The notes: a model not told the origin generated them from the sequence alone. A stretch of 32,934 bases of DNA from Euryarchaeota archaeon UBA550 (GCA_002506705.1 DAYA01000065.1:1-32934), one strand, 5' to 3'. Shown: positions 1 through 8,628, numbered from the stretch's first letter. Numbers and translations: made by a program.

Positions 1-884
1 GTAATCTCTTCCGCCTCTTCTAAGTGCTCTGCAATTATCGAAGGATTACCGTTGTCGGTGTGAAGGATTCCTAAGCGCTCATCATCTCTCAAACCGTGCA
101 GCAATTTTGCGATAGGTTCTGGATTAGGTCGAGGATATTCCATCTCAACTACGCCTTCCGCCATGTAGGTGTATGTGTCGGTCATGCCTCCTAGTCTAAC
201 GTGTTCGACACCCATGTCGTGAGCGATTGACACTTCCTGAATGATGTCCTCTGGACTACGCCAAATTGGCACGCCTTTCTTCGGTTCGATGCAGAATTTG
301 CAACCACGCTTGTAGCGAACACATCCCTGGTAGACTTCGACTTCGTAAGTTAGAGGTCCGTCCAAATCCGGATTGTGAGTTACCGCCTTGGAGCAAGCTC
401 CAGCATGTGCCCAAGCAGTCCACTGTTCTGCAGTTCTTCGCTGGTGCTTCCATTCATTGTTGTCTAAGAAGTAAGAAAGTGTAGCATCGGTATCTTGTAA
501 TGCCAAGAATAGATTTCTTCGCAGCGGACTCCATCCCTGATGTCTCCATCCCCTAATCGCCCATCCTCCACAGAGGATTGGAGTATCCCCTGGTGTTCCA
601 GAGATAACCTCCTTTGTTTCACGAAGAGAAATTGGAGTTCCCCGGAGGTATTTACCGGGGACAATTGCTCCGGCTAGTACGACAACTCCGAGCCGGTTTT
701 CCAGTGATGGAGGATTGATTCTGTACGAATCTATGGGACAGTATTCGTAGTTGATTCCCTTCTCTTCTAAGACTCCACAAATGTATCTGATGTGAAATCC
801 AACATATGGCGGGACACCGAAAGCAGCAGGCTCATCCTCGTAGCCGTCAATGATGAGCCAGGAGGCATCTCCGGACTCACTCAT
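1..884 (-). CDS. Radical SAM Fe-S protein (COG1031-like), 3' end outside window
   Basis: Manual translation from ATG at 884 is open to the window edge: MSESGDASWLIIDGYEDEPAAFGVPPYVGFHIRYICG...LAGAIVPGKYLRGTP...EVEVYQGCVRYKRGCKFCIEP...LHTDNGNPSII. The DGYxDEPAxFGVPPY start and CX6CX2C motif match this family. SD-like GAGGTGA lies 4 nt upstream. Not in the ORF track. Confidence 0.85.
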   Translation of the reverse strand, partial: MSESGDASWLIIDGYEDEPAAFGVPPYVGFHIRYICGVLEEKGINYEYCPIDSYRINPPSLENRLGVVVLAGAIVPGKYLRGTPISLRETKEVISGTPGDTPILCGGWAIRGWRHQGWSPLRRNLFLALQDTDATLSYFLDNNEWKHQRRTAEQWTAWAHAGACSKAVTHNPDLDGPLTYEVEVYQGCVRYKRGCKFCIEPKKGVPIWRSPEDIIQEVSIAHDMGVEHVRLGGMTDTYTYMAEGVVEMEYPRPNPEPIAKLLHGLRDDERLGILHTDNGNPSIIAEHLEEAEEI

Positions 885-893
885 TTACTCACC

Positions 894-2288
894 TCATTCC
901 TTTCTTGGACGGCGTTTCTTCTTCTTGGCGTCTTCTTCTTCTTCAGCAAGAGCGCGCAATTCACGAGCGGATTTTCCGCCAGGTTTACCCCCGGACTTAC
1001 CCTTGTTGTCCCGGTTCTGAGGTTTGGAGACATCGACCTTGATGTTGCGTCCCATGAAGTCGCTGCCGTTCAGTTTGCCAACGACTTCTTCACCCTTTGA
1101 TTCAGGCTGGATGGTAACGAATGCGAACGCTTTCTTGCGGCCAGATCTATCTGTTGCCCACTGGACGTGAACATTGTCACAGTGGTCTTTGAACAAGGCT
1201 GACAAGTCATCCTCTGTGGCTTTGAATGGGAGATTGCCAACGTAGAGTCTCGCACCCTGTGGTCTTGGTGCACGCTTTGGCTTCTCATCTCTTGGAGCGT
1301 CAGCATCCCTGACTCCAATTCTGCGGCCCTTGATTTTCTGACCATTTAGTGCAGCAATTGCAGCATCTGCCATGTCTTTTGATTCGAAAGTGATGAATCC
1401 GAAGCCGCGAAGGTTTCCATCATCATCACGCATTAATGCGAAGTCTTTGACTTTGCCATGTTTCTTGAACATGTCACGAACTTCGTCTTCTTCAGCATCT
1501 CTGGATAGTCCACCGATGAATAGTCTACAACCAGGTGCAGCCTTCTCTCGGCGTCCACGGCCGCCACCTTGGCCACCTTGGCCTTCAAATCTGAAGTATT
1601 CGCGCTCTCGACCATCCTCGCGAATGTCTTCTGCGATATACGTAGCACGACCTGCACTACCCTTTGCGAACAGTGCTTCGGCTTCTCCGCTCCATCTCTT
1701 CCCCGCACCATTCAGTGCAGCCATTCCGGATTCTCCACCGAAATCGTCAGCAAGAGCACGGAAAGAACGTTCTCCATTTGTTCTACATACGACGTTCCAA
1801 TCGCCTTCTTGTTCAGCTTCATATGTGTCGCCACATGATGGGCATAGAGCCCAAAGGACTCCACAATCATCATCTTCCCGCATGTCGATTCGAATCACAT
1901 TACCTGCTTCGATTACCTTTGCACGCACGATATCACGGCGGCGCAGTCCGTCAGCAGTGTTGTGAAGGAATCTGTCTGTAATTTTAGTCACGTGGAATTG
2001 GGCATACTCTTGGTCTGCCATTACAGCGCGGTTTGGCTTTCCTTCAACACTTATTATCTTAATTTCACCAGATTTTTCGTTGAGTTTTACGACTTCTCCA
2101 ATTACGGTGTCTCCTACTTGAACACGCAACATTTCGTTGTATGTGTGGACGCTAATCACACCATCAATTTCGCTGACAACACCTGTCAGTAGTGCGATTA
2201 GGTTACCATTTTCTTCTGCTGTGCCCTTGCCTGGGCTGTTCTTATCTGCAGTTCCTACTACAGTTCCGGGAGTGACGATTGTCGCCAT
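894..2288 (-). CDS. csl4: Exosome cap subunit Csl4 fused to two C-terminal RRM domains
   Basis: aa1-184: N-terminal domain (IVTPG...PGKGT), S1 domain (VGDTVIGEV...RDIVRAKVI), Zn-ribbon (CPSC...CRTN). aa254-330: RRM (RNP2 LFIGGL, RNP1 RGFGFITF). aa346-423: RRM (RNP2 LYVGNL, RNP1 KAFAFVTI). Lies downstream of a METTL5-type gene, the usual archaeal csl4 neighbour. Confidence 0.88.
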   Translation of the reverse strand: MATIVTPGTVVGTADKNSPGKGTAEENGNLIALLTGVVSEIDGVISVHTYNEMLRVQVGDTVIGEVVKLNEKSGEIKIISVEGKPNRAVMADQEYAQFHVTKITDRFLHNTADGLRRRDIVRAKVIEAGNVIRIDMREDDDCGVLWALCPSCGDTYEAEQEGDWNVVCRTNGERSFRALADDFGGESGMAALNGAGKRWSGEAEALFAKGSAGRATYIAEDIREDGREREYFRFEGQGGQGGGRGRREKAAPGCRLFIGGLSRDAEEDEVRDMFKKHGKVKDFALMRDDDGNLRGFGFITFESKDMADAAIAALNGQKIKGRRIGVRDADAPRDEKPKRAPRPQGARLYVGNLPFKATEDDLSALFKDHCDNVHVQWATDRSGRKKAFAFVTIQPESKGEEVVGKLNGSDFMGRNIKVDVSKPQNRDNKGKSGGKPGGKSARELRALAEEEEDAKKKKRRPRKE

Positions 2289-2313
2289 ATTTTCACGCTC
2301 ATGTTTGTGGGAA

Positions 2314-2328
2314 TCACCCTACGGGTGA
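2314..2328 (-). repeat. Intergenic hairpin TCACCC-GTA-GGGTGA (copy 1 of CCCGTAGGG motif)
   Basis: Perfect 6-bp stem with a GTA loop on the minus strand, 25 nt upstream of the csl4 ATG. Confidence 0.7.
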
Positions 2329-2375
2329 CGGGAAGGGGATGGTTGAGGCGGGGGCTGTTTACTTTTGAACCCCTC

Positions 2376-2933
2376 TCATCGGGTGAAACGCCAACATTTG
2401 ATCTCGGTCGCACCCATTCTGGAGTTGTGGTGTTGGTAGGTAGCAGGCATTCTGAATTCACCTTCTAGAATTACTTCTCCCTCTGGCAGATGTGTGGCTG
2501 CGGCGCTGTGCATCATATGTACAACCGGCGCACATCTCAGCGCTTCATTGATGAAAGCACGGTCTGCACCATGGGTTTGAACTCCCCAAGGAGGGTTTGT
2601 AATCACGATGTCAACACTTGGCAACTCTACCTCTCCGACTCTCCCGATAACGGTAGGTCCGAGTTCTTGACAAAGGGCGGCAGCATCTACATCGCATTCA
2701 ACGAATGTTACCTCTGCCCCCAGCAGTTGAGCACCGTGACCTAAGATACCGTTGCCAGCACCTAAGTCTAGGACGGTCTTTCCTTCTAGCCCATCAATCG
2801 CATCTATCTGTGCTAACCAAAGTGCTGCAAGGTCTCCTTCGGTTTGGTATTGCTCTAGTTCCACGCTATTGCATGGATGTTTAGGCAGTTTTGACAAAGA
2901 AATCGCCAAGTGGCGAAGCTTCAATTCAATCAC
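2376..2933 (-). CDS. METTL5-like SAM-dependent N6-adenine RNA methyltransferase (COG2263)
   Basis: LEQYQT, VLDLGAGNGIL (motif I), NPPWG (motif IV), GADRAF, MPATYQHH. GTG at 2933 overlaps the upstream TGA; the ORF track starts at TTG 2936. Confidence 0.85.
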   Translation of the reverse strand: MIELKLRHLAISLSKLPKHPCNSVELEQYQTEGDLAALWLAQIDAIDGLEGKTVLDLGAGNGILGHGAQLLGAEVTFVECDVDAAALCQELGPTVIGRVGEVELPSVDIVITNPPWGVQTHGADRAFINEALRCAPVVHMMHSAAATHLPEGEVILEGEFRMPATYQHHNSRMGATEIKCWRFTR

Positions 2934-3148
2934 CAACGCTGTTGGTTTTGCTGCTGACCGTAGTTAGATCGCTGCATTTGCTGTGCTTGCATTTGCTGTG
3001 CTTGCATTTGCTGCATTCGGTATCTGATGGATTCCGCTTCCATACGAAGTCTTGCAATTAACTGGTCACCAGGTTGTTGGCCTCCACAAAATCTGCAAAA
3101 TCTTGTGCCATCATTTTGCATTTGTCCACAGTGCACACAGAAAGCCAT
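2930..3148 (-). CDS. Small zinc-ribbon protein with Gln-rich tail (72 aa)
   Basis: MAFCVHCG...FCRFCG (two CxxCG knuckles), then a QQMQA repeat tail. ATG at 3148 is preferred over the ORF-track start at 3190. Confidence 0.75.
   Translation of the reverse strand: MAFCVHCGQMQNDGTRFCRFCGGQQPGDQLIARLRMEAESIRYRMQQMQAQQMQAQQMQRSNYGQQQNQQRW
2973..3013. repeat. 15-bp in-frame tandem repeat, ~2.7 copies (tgcatttgctgtgct)
   Basis: Read directly; encodes QQMQA repeats on the minus strand. Confidence 0.9.
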
Positions 3149-3186
3149 GATTCTCCCACTCCTAACTTGTCTTTGAACCCTCGCAT

Positions 3187-4215
3187 TCAACTAACCATCT
3201 GCATGAACACAGGCCAAGTTTCGAAATTTTGCGCTAGAGCCCTCTCGTTGATATCTTCCAAACGTGCATCGCTCATCATCTCTGAAGGGTCTACTCCAGC
3301 ATCCAATAATTCCTGAATTAGGTTACGGAATTCTCTCTCGATGGCAGGCATGTCATCTACTTCTTGCTCACCGCTCGGTAGTGGTACACTCTCATCAGTG
3401 GTAGGTGGAGCCACAGGTGATTCTGACTCTTCCACACCAGGCAGAGCAACCGATGCTTCTTCCTTCACTTCGGGTAGAGCAACTGATTCAGATTCAGGAG
3501 CGGTTGGTAGGGCCACTTGTGCCGCTTCTTCAGGTACCATCTCAGCAATGAAAGCACTTTCTAATTCACTGGTTGCGTCCACTTCTTCAACCACTGGCTC
3601 GGGCTTATTTTCAACAACAGGAACTTCGACAATTTCTGGTTCTGGTGCTGCAAGACCGACTCCCAAAATTTCTGCCTGCTGTCTCGCTAATTCTGCAGCT
3701 TGCCTGCGAGGTAGTGATACGAATGCTTTGCCAACCAATGCGTGGATTGGATAAGGCAGGAAGTACCTCTCTAGCGGTGGCAGGCTCGGGTGTCTAAAGC
3801 AAAGTATAGAGTGCTTTTCAAACGGCCTTTGGTTTGGTATGTCAAGAGTAAATGGAACCGGAGCAATTTCAACCGTACTGCGCAACCATCCTTCCTGAGT
3901 AACCAGTTGCTGCATCCAAGGTCCCATGTCTGCGTTAGAAATATTCACGAATTGAAATGATGCAGATTTTGGGTCAAACCCCTGTTCGCTGATCAACTCA
4001 GCTTCTGCTCTTGGGCGATGGAAAATTCCCATAACCGGTTGACCATGGTCTATCATGTCCCCGTGCAACTCCAGTAATTTTCTCTCTTTACGTGGGCACA
4101 GTAGCATTATCTCAAGCCTAGCAGCATTACCATCCCAGATTTCTTTCCAACGTGAGTTGGCTTCATCCTTCAATTGCTGGAAGGTCATACCCGGAATCAT
4201 TGCTGTAACGCCCAT
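3187..4215 (-). CDS. Hypothetical protein: globular N-domain, acidic Pro/Glu linker, small helical C-domain
   Basis: 342-aa ORF tiling between asd and the zinc-ribbon gene; no family recognised. Confidence 0.8.
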   Translation of the reverse strand: MGVTAMIPGMTFQQLKDEANSRWKEIWDGNAARLEIMLLCPRKERKLLELHGDMIDHGQPVMGIFHRPRAEAELISEQGFDPKSASFQFVNISNADMGPWMQQLVTQEGWLRSTVEIAPVPFTLDIPNQRPFEKHSILCFRHPSLPPLERYFLPYPIHALVGKAFVSLPRRQAAELARQQAEILGVGLAAPEPEIVEVPVVENKPEPVVEEVDATSELESAFIAEMVPEEAAQVALPTAPESESVALPEVKEEASVALPGVEESESPVAPPTTDESVPLPSGEQEVDDMPAIEREFRNLIQELLDAGVDPSEMMSDARLEDINERALAQNFETWPVFMQMVS

Positions 4216-4245
4216 GCAACCACCAACCTACCCACTACAGGTTGA

Positions 4246-5211
4246 CTATTTGGTGATATAGGATTCTTTGACAGCAAATTCAGCCAATAGAATCACTCCA
4301 CCAGCAGCCCCTCTTACCGTGTTATGGGATAATGCATCGAATCTGATTATGTTACCATCCACTCTGACGTTACCAACAGTTGTGGTCATTCCGCGACCTA
4401 TCCACAGGTGGTCTTCACGGTTCGGTGAATCTTCGATAATGTGGTTCACTTCCTCGGGTGATGAAGGAAGGTCCAAAGTTGGAATGTTCATCAGTTCCAA
4501 AACCTCTTCCAGAGTGGTTTCTTTTTCCACCTCGACACCGCATGAAACAAAGTGGCCATCTCTTTCTGGAACCCGGTTACATGATGCGATTACTGGAATT
4601 TCTGTTCCAAGCAAATACTTCAACTCAGCAATGAGTTTCTCCTCTTCACCGGGGATCATCGGATTGACATTTCCAGCCAATGCATCTTCGTCATATAGCA
4701 GTCTCCAACCTGCTCCTGATAGGGCTTGCCTGGTGTGAATTGTAACCGAAACTAAACCGAGTGACTTCAAACCTATTATTGGTGTGACTACAGGCACAAC
4801 TGTACAATTTGTTGCACAAGCGTGACCATAGTAGGACTGCATGTCTTCCGGGTTAACTTCAGGAATTACAAGTGGAATGCCAGCAATTCTTCGAAATGCG
4901 CTTGCGTTTGAAAACACGTGGATTCCTCTTGCGACTAAGGATGGTTCAACTACTTCGGCTACGTTATTTGGAAGTGCTGAAAAAGCGATATCGACGTCAG
5001 GTATATCGCTCATAGAACAAATTAGAATGTCAAAATTAGGACGCATTGAATCTAGTCTCCACTCGAGTTCTTCATGCATTAATCCTACTGAATTTGGAGA
5101 ACCTGCGATTGCAACGACATCAAAGAGGGGGTGGTCATAGAGCAGTTCCTGAAGCCGTTGGCCAACTAGGCCGCTCGCTCCTAGAATCGCAACATTGTAC
5201 CGGCTCGTCAT
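4246..5211 (-). CDS. asd: Aspartate-semialdehyde dehydrogenase
   Basis: VAILGASGLVGQ, SNASAFR, PLVIPEVN, catalytic NC(T), QALSGAG, SHNTVRGAAGG. Confidence 0.95.
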   Translation of the reverse strand: MTSRYNVAILGASGLVGQRLQELLYDHPLFDVVAIAGSPNSVGLMHEELEWRLDSMRPNFDILICSMSDIPDVDIAFSALPNNVAEVVEPSLVARGIHVFSNASAFRRIAGIPLVIPEVNPEDMQSYYGHACATNCTVVPVVTPIIGLKSLGLVSVTIHTRQALSGAGWRLLYDEDALAGNVNPMIPGEEEKLIAELKYLLGTEIPVIASCNRVPERDGHFVSCGVEVEKETTLEEVLELMNIPTLDLPSSPEEVNHIIEDSPNREDHLWIGRGMTTTVGNVRVDGNIIRFDALSHNTVRGAAGGVILLAEFAVKESYITK

Positions 5212-5915
5212 TGCTCCTCATGTGGTGTGGGGAAGATTCTCCTTATGATGAGTTTCCTTGCAATCGAAGTGCCATCTTTGATGGAACCGAGTTTTGCTTC
5301 TCCTACTCTCTTCGAGTAAGTGATGGGTACGTGGATGATTGGAATGTCCAAATGTGCGCAAGAAGTATACATTTCAGCTTCTATTTCGAAACGCATGCTA
5401 TTGAGGTGTAATCTTTTCAGGGAGTCCCTTGAGAAAGCCCAAAATCCTGAGCATAAGTCGTTGATTGCCTTGCCGTGCAGCGCCACTGCTAACCATGTTA
5501 GCAATTGATTTCCAATCCAGTTTGTACTGGTCATCGCATCGGGTTCAAGGTCTCCATGCAGTCTATCTCCAATAGCTATGCCTCCCTTTGGTATTGATTC
5601 AACCATTTTTGTGATCTCCTCAGGATGGTATGTGCCATCACAGTCCAGCATAACCAGAACTTCGTCTCCAGTTTCGAGGAATTTCTTGAAACCTTGGCGC
5701 ATTCCTGCACCTTTGCCTTCTCCCCACTGCTCGAAGACTTCGCAGCCTAATTCGGCTGCAATCTGTATAGTATTGTCACTAGAACCACCATCGACTACAA
5801 CCACCCTTGTAGTGTAGCCTTTTTGCTTTAATTCCTCAATTGGAATTCGACGATAGATGTCTTCCAATGCACCCTCTTCATCAAGGGTTGGTAACATGAT
5901 GAAGAGATTTGTCAC
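5208..5915 (-). CDS. GT2 glycosyltransferase, dolichol-phosphate hexose synthase (DPM1-like)
   Basis: LPTLDEE, VVVDGGSSDNT, GKGAGM, MLDCDGTY (DxD), DLCSGF, FEIEAEM, RVGEAKL. Confidence 0.9.
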   Translation of the reverse strand: MTNLFIMLPTLDEEGALEDIYRRIPIEELKQKGYTTRVVVVDGGSSDNTIQIAAELGCEVFEQWGEGKGAGMRQGFKKFLETGDEVLVMLDCDGTYHPEEITKMVESIPKGGIAIGDRLHGDLEPDAMTSTNWIGNQLLTWLAVALHGKAINDLCSGFWAFSRDSLKRLHLNSMRFEIEAEMYTSCAHLDIPIIHVPITYSKRVGEAKLGSIKDGTSIARKLIIRRIFPTPHEEQ

Positions 5916-5957
5916 GCCCCTTCGAGAGTGTGGTCCTTGTAGTGTCTTTCCCTAAAT

Positions 5958-7991
5958 TTAGGCAAGATAGATGATTTCTATCCAGTGAATGCGAATACCG
6001 GTTTCATCGAAAAGCATGTCTCCTCTACCGGATGCTCCAAGCGGATTAATCCAAAATTCAGGCTCGCTATTAATGTCGATTTCAAAGCCTCCACCGCCCG
6101 CGTATACGCATGTATTATACCATCCTGAACCGCTAATTTCTCTAGAGTTAATTGTTGCAGATACTTCGCCAACAAATTCTGTCATTATGCAAACCTCGTA
6201 GGCAAAGCTGTCGTTCACTGAGAACGTATGGCGGCCTTCAGTGATGTATGACCTGTAATCGCCCAATTCGAAGGGATCTCTCTCCCTAAGGCCCGACCAG
6301 GGGTCGATGCGCATATTGTCTCCCTCGACTGCAATGAAGTCTGAAACCATCATGTCATCCTCTAGAACATACAGTGTTGATGCCCCGCTAGACCACATTT
6401 TTTCCCAATGGGTTGAGGCCTGAATATACTGCATCATCACCCCTTTTGGTGATGCGATTGCATGAGTGATTCCTAATTTTTTCAATCGCTCAATATCGTC
6501 TGTTACAATTGCAGTTGTAGCAGCGTTTTGAATGGAAAATTCTTGTTTCAAAATTCCAAGTGTGGGAACTGTTGTGATACCAATGTGCTCAGGGATTGAA
6601 TAAATATGGCCCCAGTGTTCGTTTTCAGCATATACAATTGAGCCCTCGGGCAAGTGCTCTAGTCCATCGATAAGAGCGGAATCCCCATTGGAAATTGCAT
6701 GTAATTCATCATGCTTTGATAATTCTGAAAGAGCACTATGTGCGATACCACACAGCAGAAGTGTTGCAATCATTATCGCTCTGCCTCCATCTGATGAAAT
6801 CCCACCTTCGAGTTTGGACAGACGCATTCCAACCAACGCTGCAAGCGGTATGTGGAATGCGTGCATACTCATGGAGTATAGTGCATAGGATAGCATTGAA
6901 AGTAGAGTTACTCCGGTTAGACCGTCGAAAATATGTACGCCTGACAGAACCCAATTCATCGCTAACCAGAGCGTGAGAATCATCGCATTTTTGTCACCTC
7001 TCAATGTCCATGCTGCCCATAGACCAAGAGGGAGGAGTAATCCCGCATAAATCAGCATCGGGCCACCTCCCTGCCAACCGTATTCTGCGAATACGGCAGT
7101 ACCATCGAATGCAGGGGCTAGTGCGATTAAAACGACGATAATTGAACCTCCTAATATCAATGATTGAATCGAATCTGCTAGGCTGAATGAATCACGCTTT
7201 GATACAATCAATTGAGAGACTATTAGTGTGGTTAGATAAATTAGGCCGGTTGGATGAATCATTGCTACGATAACCGTTGTAATTGCAACTATTTCCCACC
7301 GCAGTTTCTCTCCGAACATCAGTAATACTACCACTAGACCAAGTTGACTAGCAACCGTTGGATATCCAGAATCCAAATTCTTTGCAAAAAGGGCAGGTGC
7401 AAGCAACATCGCCATTATTGTCCAATGGCCGCAACCCATCTTTTCTCCAACCGCAGCGATTCCTAGCAGTAAAGCGACGAAACTCATAACTCCCAAGTAA
7501 AATACTCCATCAAGCGATGAGCCTGGTAGCCATGCAGCAAGTGTTGGGAATGCTGGCGGATAGAGCCACTTTCCCACTGATGGCTCACTAAGAATGAATC
7601 CGCCATTCCTTGATACAGCGTCGGCAAGTGAAGCGAATCCAATCCAATCAACACCCATTGGTCGCATGTAAGTAAGTGGAGTAATTGCGATGAAGCAGGC
7701 GATTATTGTAAAGATCCAAAACCATGGATTCCTTTCAATTGTGACTTCCTTCGGAATTGGATTCAGTTCAACTCTAATTGCGATTATTGCGATAATATTG
7801 GCAATAATCAGTAGGTAAGTCAGTGTTGAAAGTGTCATCTCGAAGATAGAGGTAAATCCTGCAAGTCCATAGCAAACAAGCAACCCAATCGCCGGACTGA
7901 GCATTAGATGTCTTTTCCAATCGCCCTCAGAATCTAATCGGCGAGCGATAGCAAAGCCAGGAAGTAATGCTACTTCCAAACCAATTGCCAT
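5958..7991 (-). CDS. Polytopic membrane protein with soluble C-terminal domain, possible GT-C-fold glycosyltransferase
   Basis: Roughly 12-13 hydrophobic segments in aa1-425; loop with GVDW...YPPAFP; directly upstream of a DPM1-like GT2. The function is an inference. Confidence 0.6.
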   Translation of the reverse strand: MAIGLEVALLPGFAIARRLDSEGDWKRHLMLSPAIGLLVCYGLAGFTSIFEMTLSTLTYLLIIANIIAIIAIRVELNPIPKEVTIERNPWFWIFTIIACFIAITPLTYMRPMGVDWIGFASLADAVSRNGGFILSEPSVGKWLYPPAFPTLAAWLPGSSLDGVFYLGVMSFVALLLGIAAVGEKMGCGHWTIMAMLLAPALFAKNLDSGYPTVASQLGLVVVLLMFGEKLRWEIVAITTVIVAMIHPTGLIYLTTLIVSQLIVSKRDSFSLADSIQSLILGGSIIVVLIALAPAFDGTAVFAEYGWQGGGPMLIYAGLLLPLGLWAAWTLRGDKNAMILTLWLAMNWVLSGVHIFDGLTGVTLLSMLSYALYSMSMHAFHIPLAALVGMRLSKLEGGISSDGGRAIMIATLLLCGIAHSALSELSKHDELHAISNGDSALIDGLEHLPEGSIVYAENEHWGHIYSIPEHIGITTVPTLGILKQEFSIQNAATTAIVTDDIERLKKLGITHAIASPKGVMMQYIQASTHWEKMWSSGASTLYVLEDDMMVSDFIAVEGDNMRIDPWSGLRERDPFELGDYRSYITEGRHTFSVNDSFAYEVCIMTEFVGEVSATINSREISGSGWYNTCVYAGGGGFEIDINSEPEFWINPLGASGRGDMLFDETGIRIHWIEIIYLA

Positions 7992-8009
7992 GCCTTTCGC
8001 TCTCTAATC

Positions 8010-8024
8010 TAGGTTTCAAACCTA
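8010..8024. promoter_or_regulatory. Palindrome TAGGTTT-C-AAACCTA in divergent intergenic region (probable bidirectional promoter or operator)
   Basis: Perfect 7-bp arms; the minus-strand TTGAAA is 22 nt from the ATG at 7991. Confidence 0.5.
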
Positions 8025-8064
8025 TTTGCGAAGGATGATGAATTAGCGCCTTTTGGGATACAAC

Positions 8065-8628
8065 ATGGCAGAAGTCATTCTACTTCCCGAGGAGTATTGG
8101 GTGTTTGACTTCACGAGAGGAGTGGACCCCGATTTTGTTTGCCCATTCCCGTATCAAATAGGTCGCTACGATGAAGTCAGACCGGGTATGTACACTCACG
8201 AACTGTTCGGTGGAGAGAGAGATTTACACGTTGGAATTGATATCGGCGCACCAGTAGGTGAACCAATTCATTCCTTCGACAAAGGCGTAGTACACTCTCT
8301 AGGAGTAAACGATGAAGATGGCTCATACGGTCCAACCATCATCATAGAATATGAACTCGAAGGAAAGCCAATTTGGGCTCTCTATGGTCACTTGTCTATG
8401 GAATCTCTAGGCATGGTTCACGAAGGGATGGCTGTAGAAGAGGGCCAAGTTATTGCAACCGTTGGCGACAAGAGCGTCAACGGTGGCTGGGAGCCACACC
8501 TGCATTTCCAATTGTCCTGGGAAAAGCCAGAAGGGAATGACATGCCAGGAGTTGTAGCAAGAGAAGACCGGGAGTGGGCCCTCGAAAAGTATCCAGATCC
8601 AAGAATGGTCCTTGGTCCTCTATACTAG
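8065..8628 (+). CDS. M23 family zinc metallopeptidase
   Basis: HVGID (HxxxD), YGHL, PHLHFQ (HxH). No signal peptide. ATG at 8065 preferred; the ORF track starts at TTG 8053. Confidence 0.88.
   Translation: MAEVILLPEEYWVFDFTRGVDPDFVCPFPYQIGRYDEVRPGMYTHELFGGERDLHVGIDIGAPVGEPIHSFDKGVVHSLGVNDEDGSYGPTIIIEYELEGKPIWALYGHLSMESLGMVHEGMAVEEGQVIATVGDKSVNGGWEPHLHFQLSWEKPEGNDMPGVVAREDREWALEKYPDPRMVLGPLY

Noticed and set aside
897-930. KKKKRRPRKE tail resembling a nuclear localisation signal (eukaryotic contamination?)
   Set aside because: The context is intron-free, operonic and archaeal with SD coupling; a basic RNA-binding tail is the simpler explanation.
2289-2375. GC-rich intergenic stretch considered as a tRNA or other ncRNA
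   Set aside because: No cloverleaf, T-loop or C/D boxes found; only the short hairpin and a possible TTCAAA box are supported.
2973-3013. Tandem repeat considered as a CRISPR remnant or phase-variation tract
   Set aside because: No spacers and no cas genes; the 15-nt unit preserves the reading frame.
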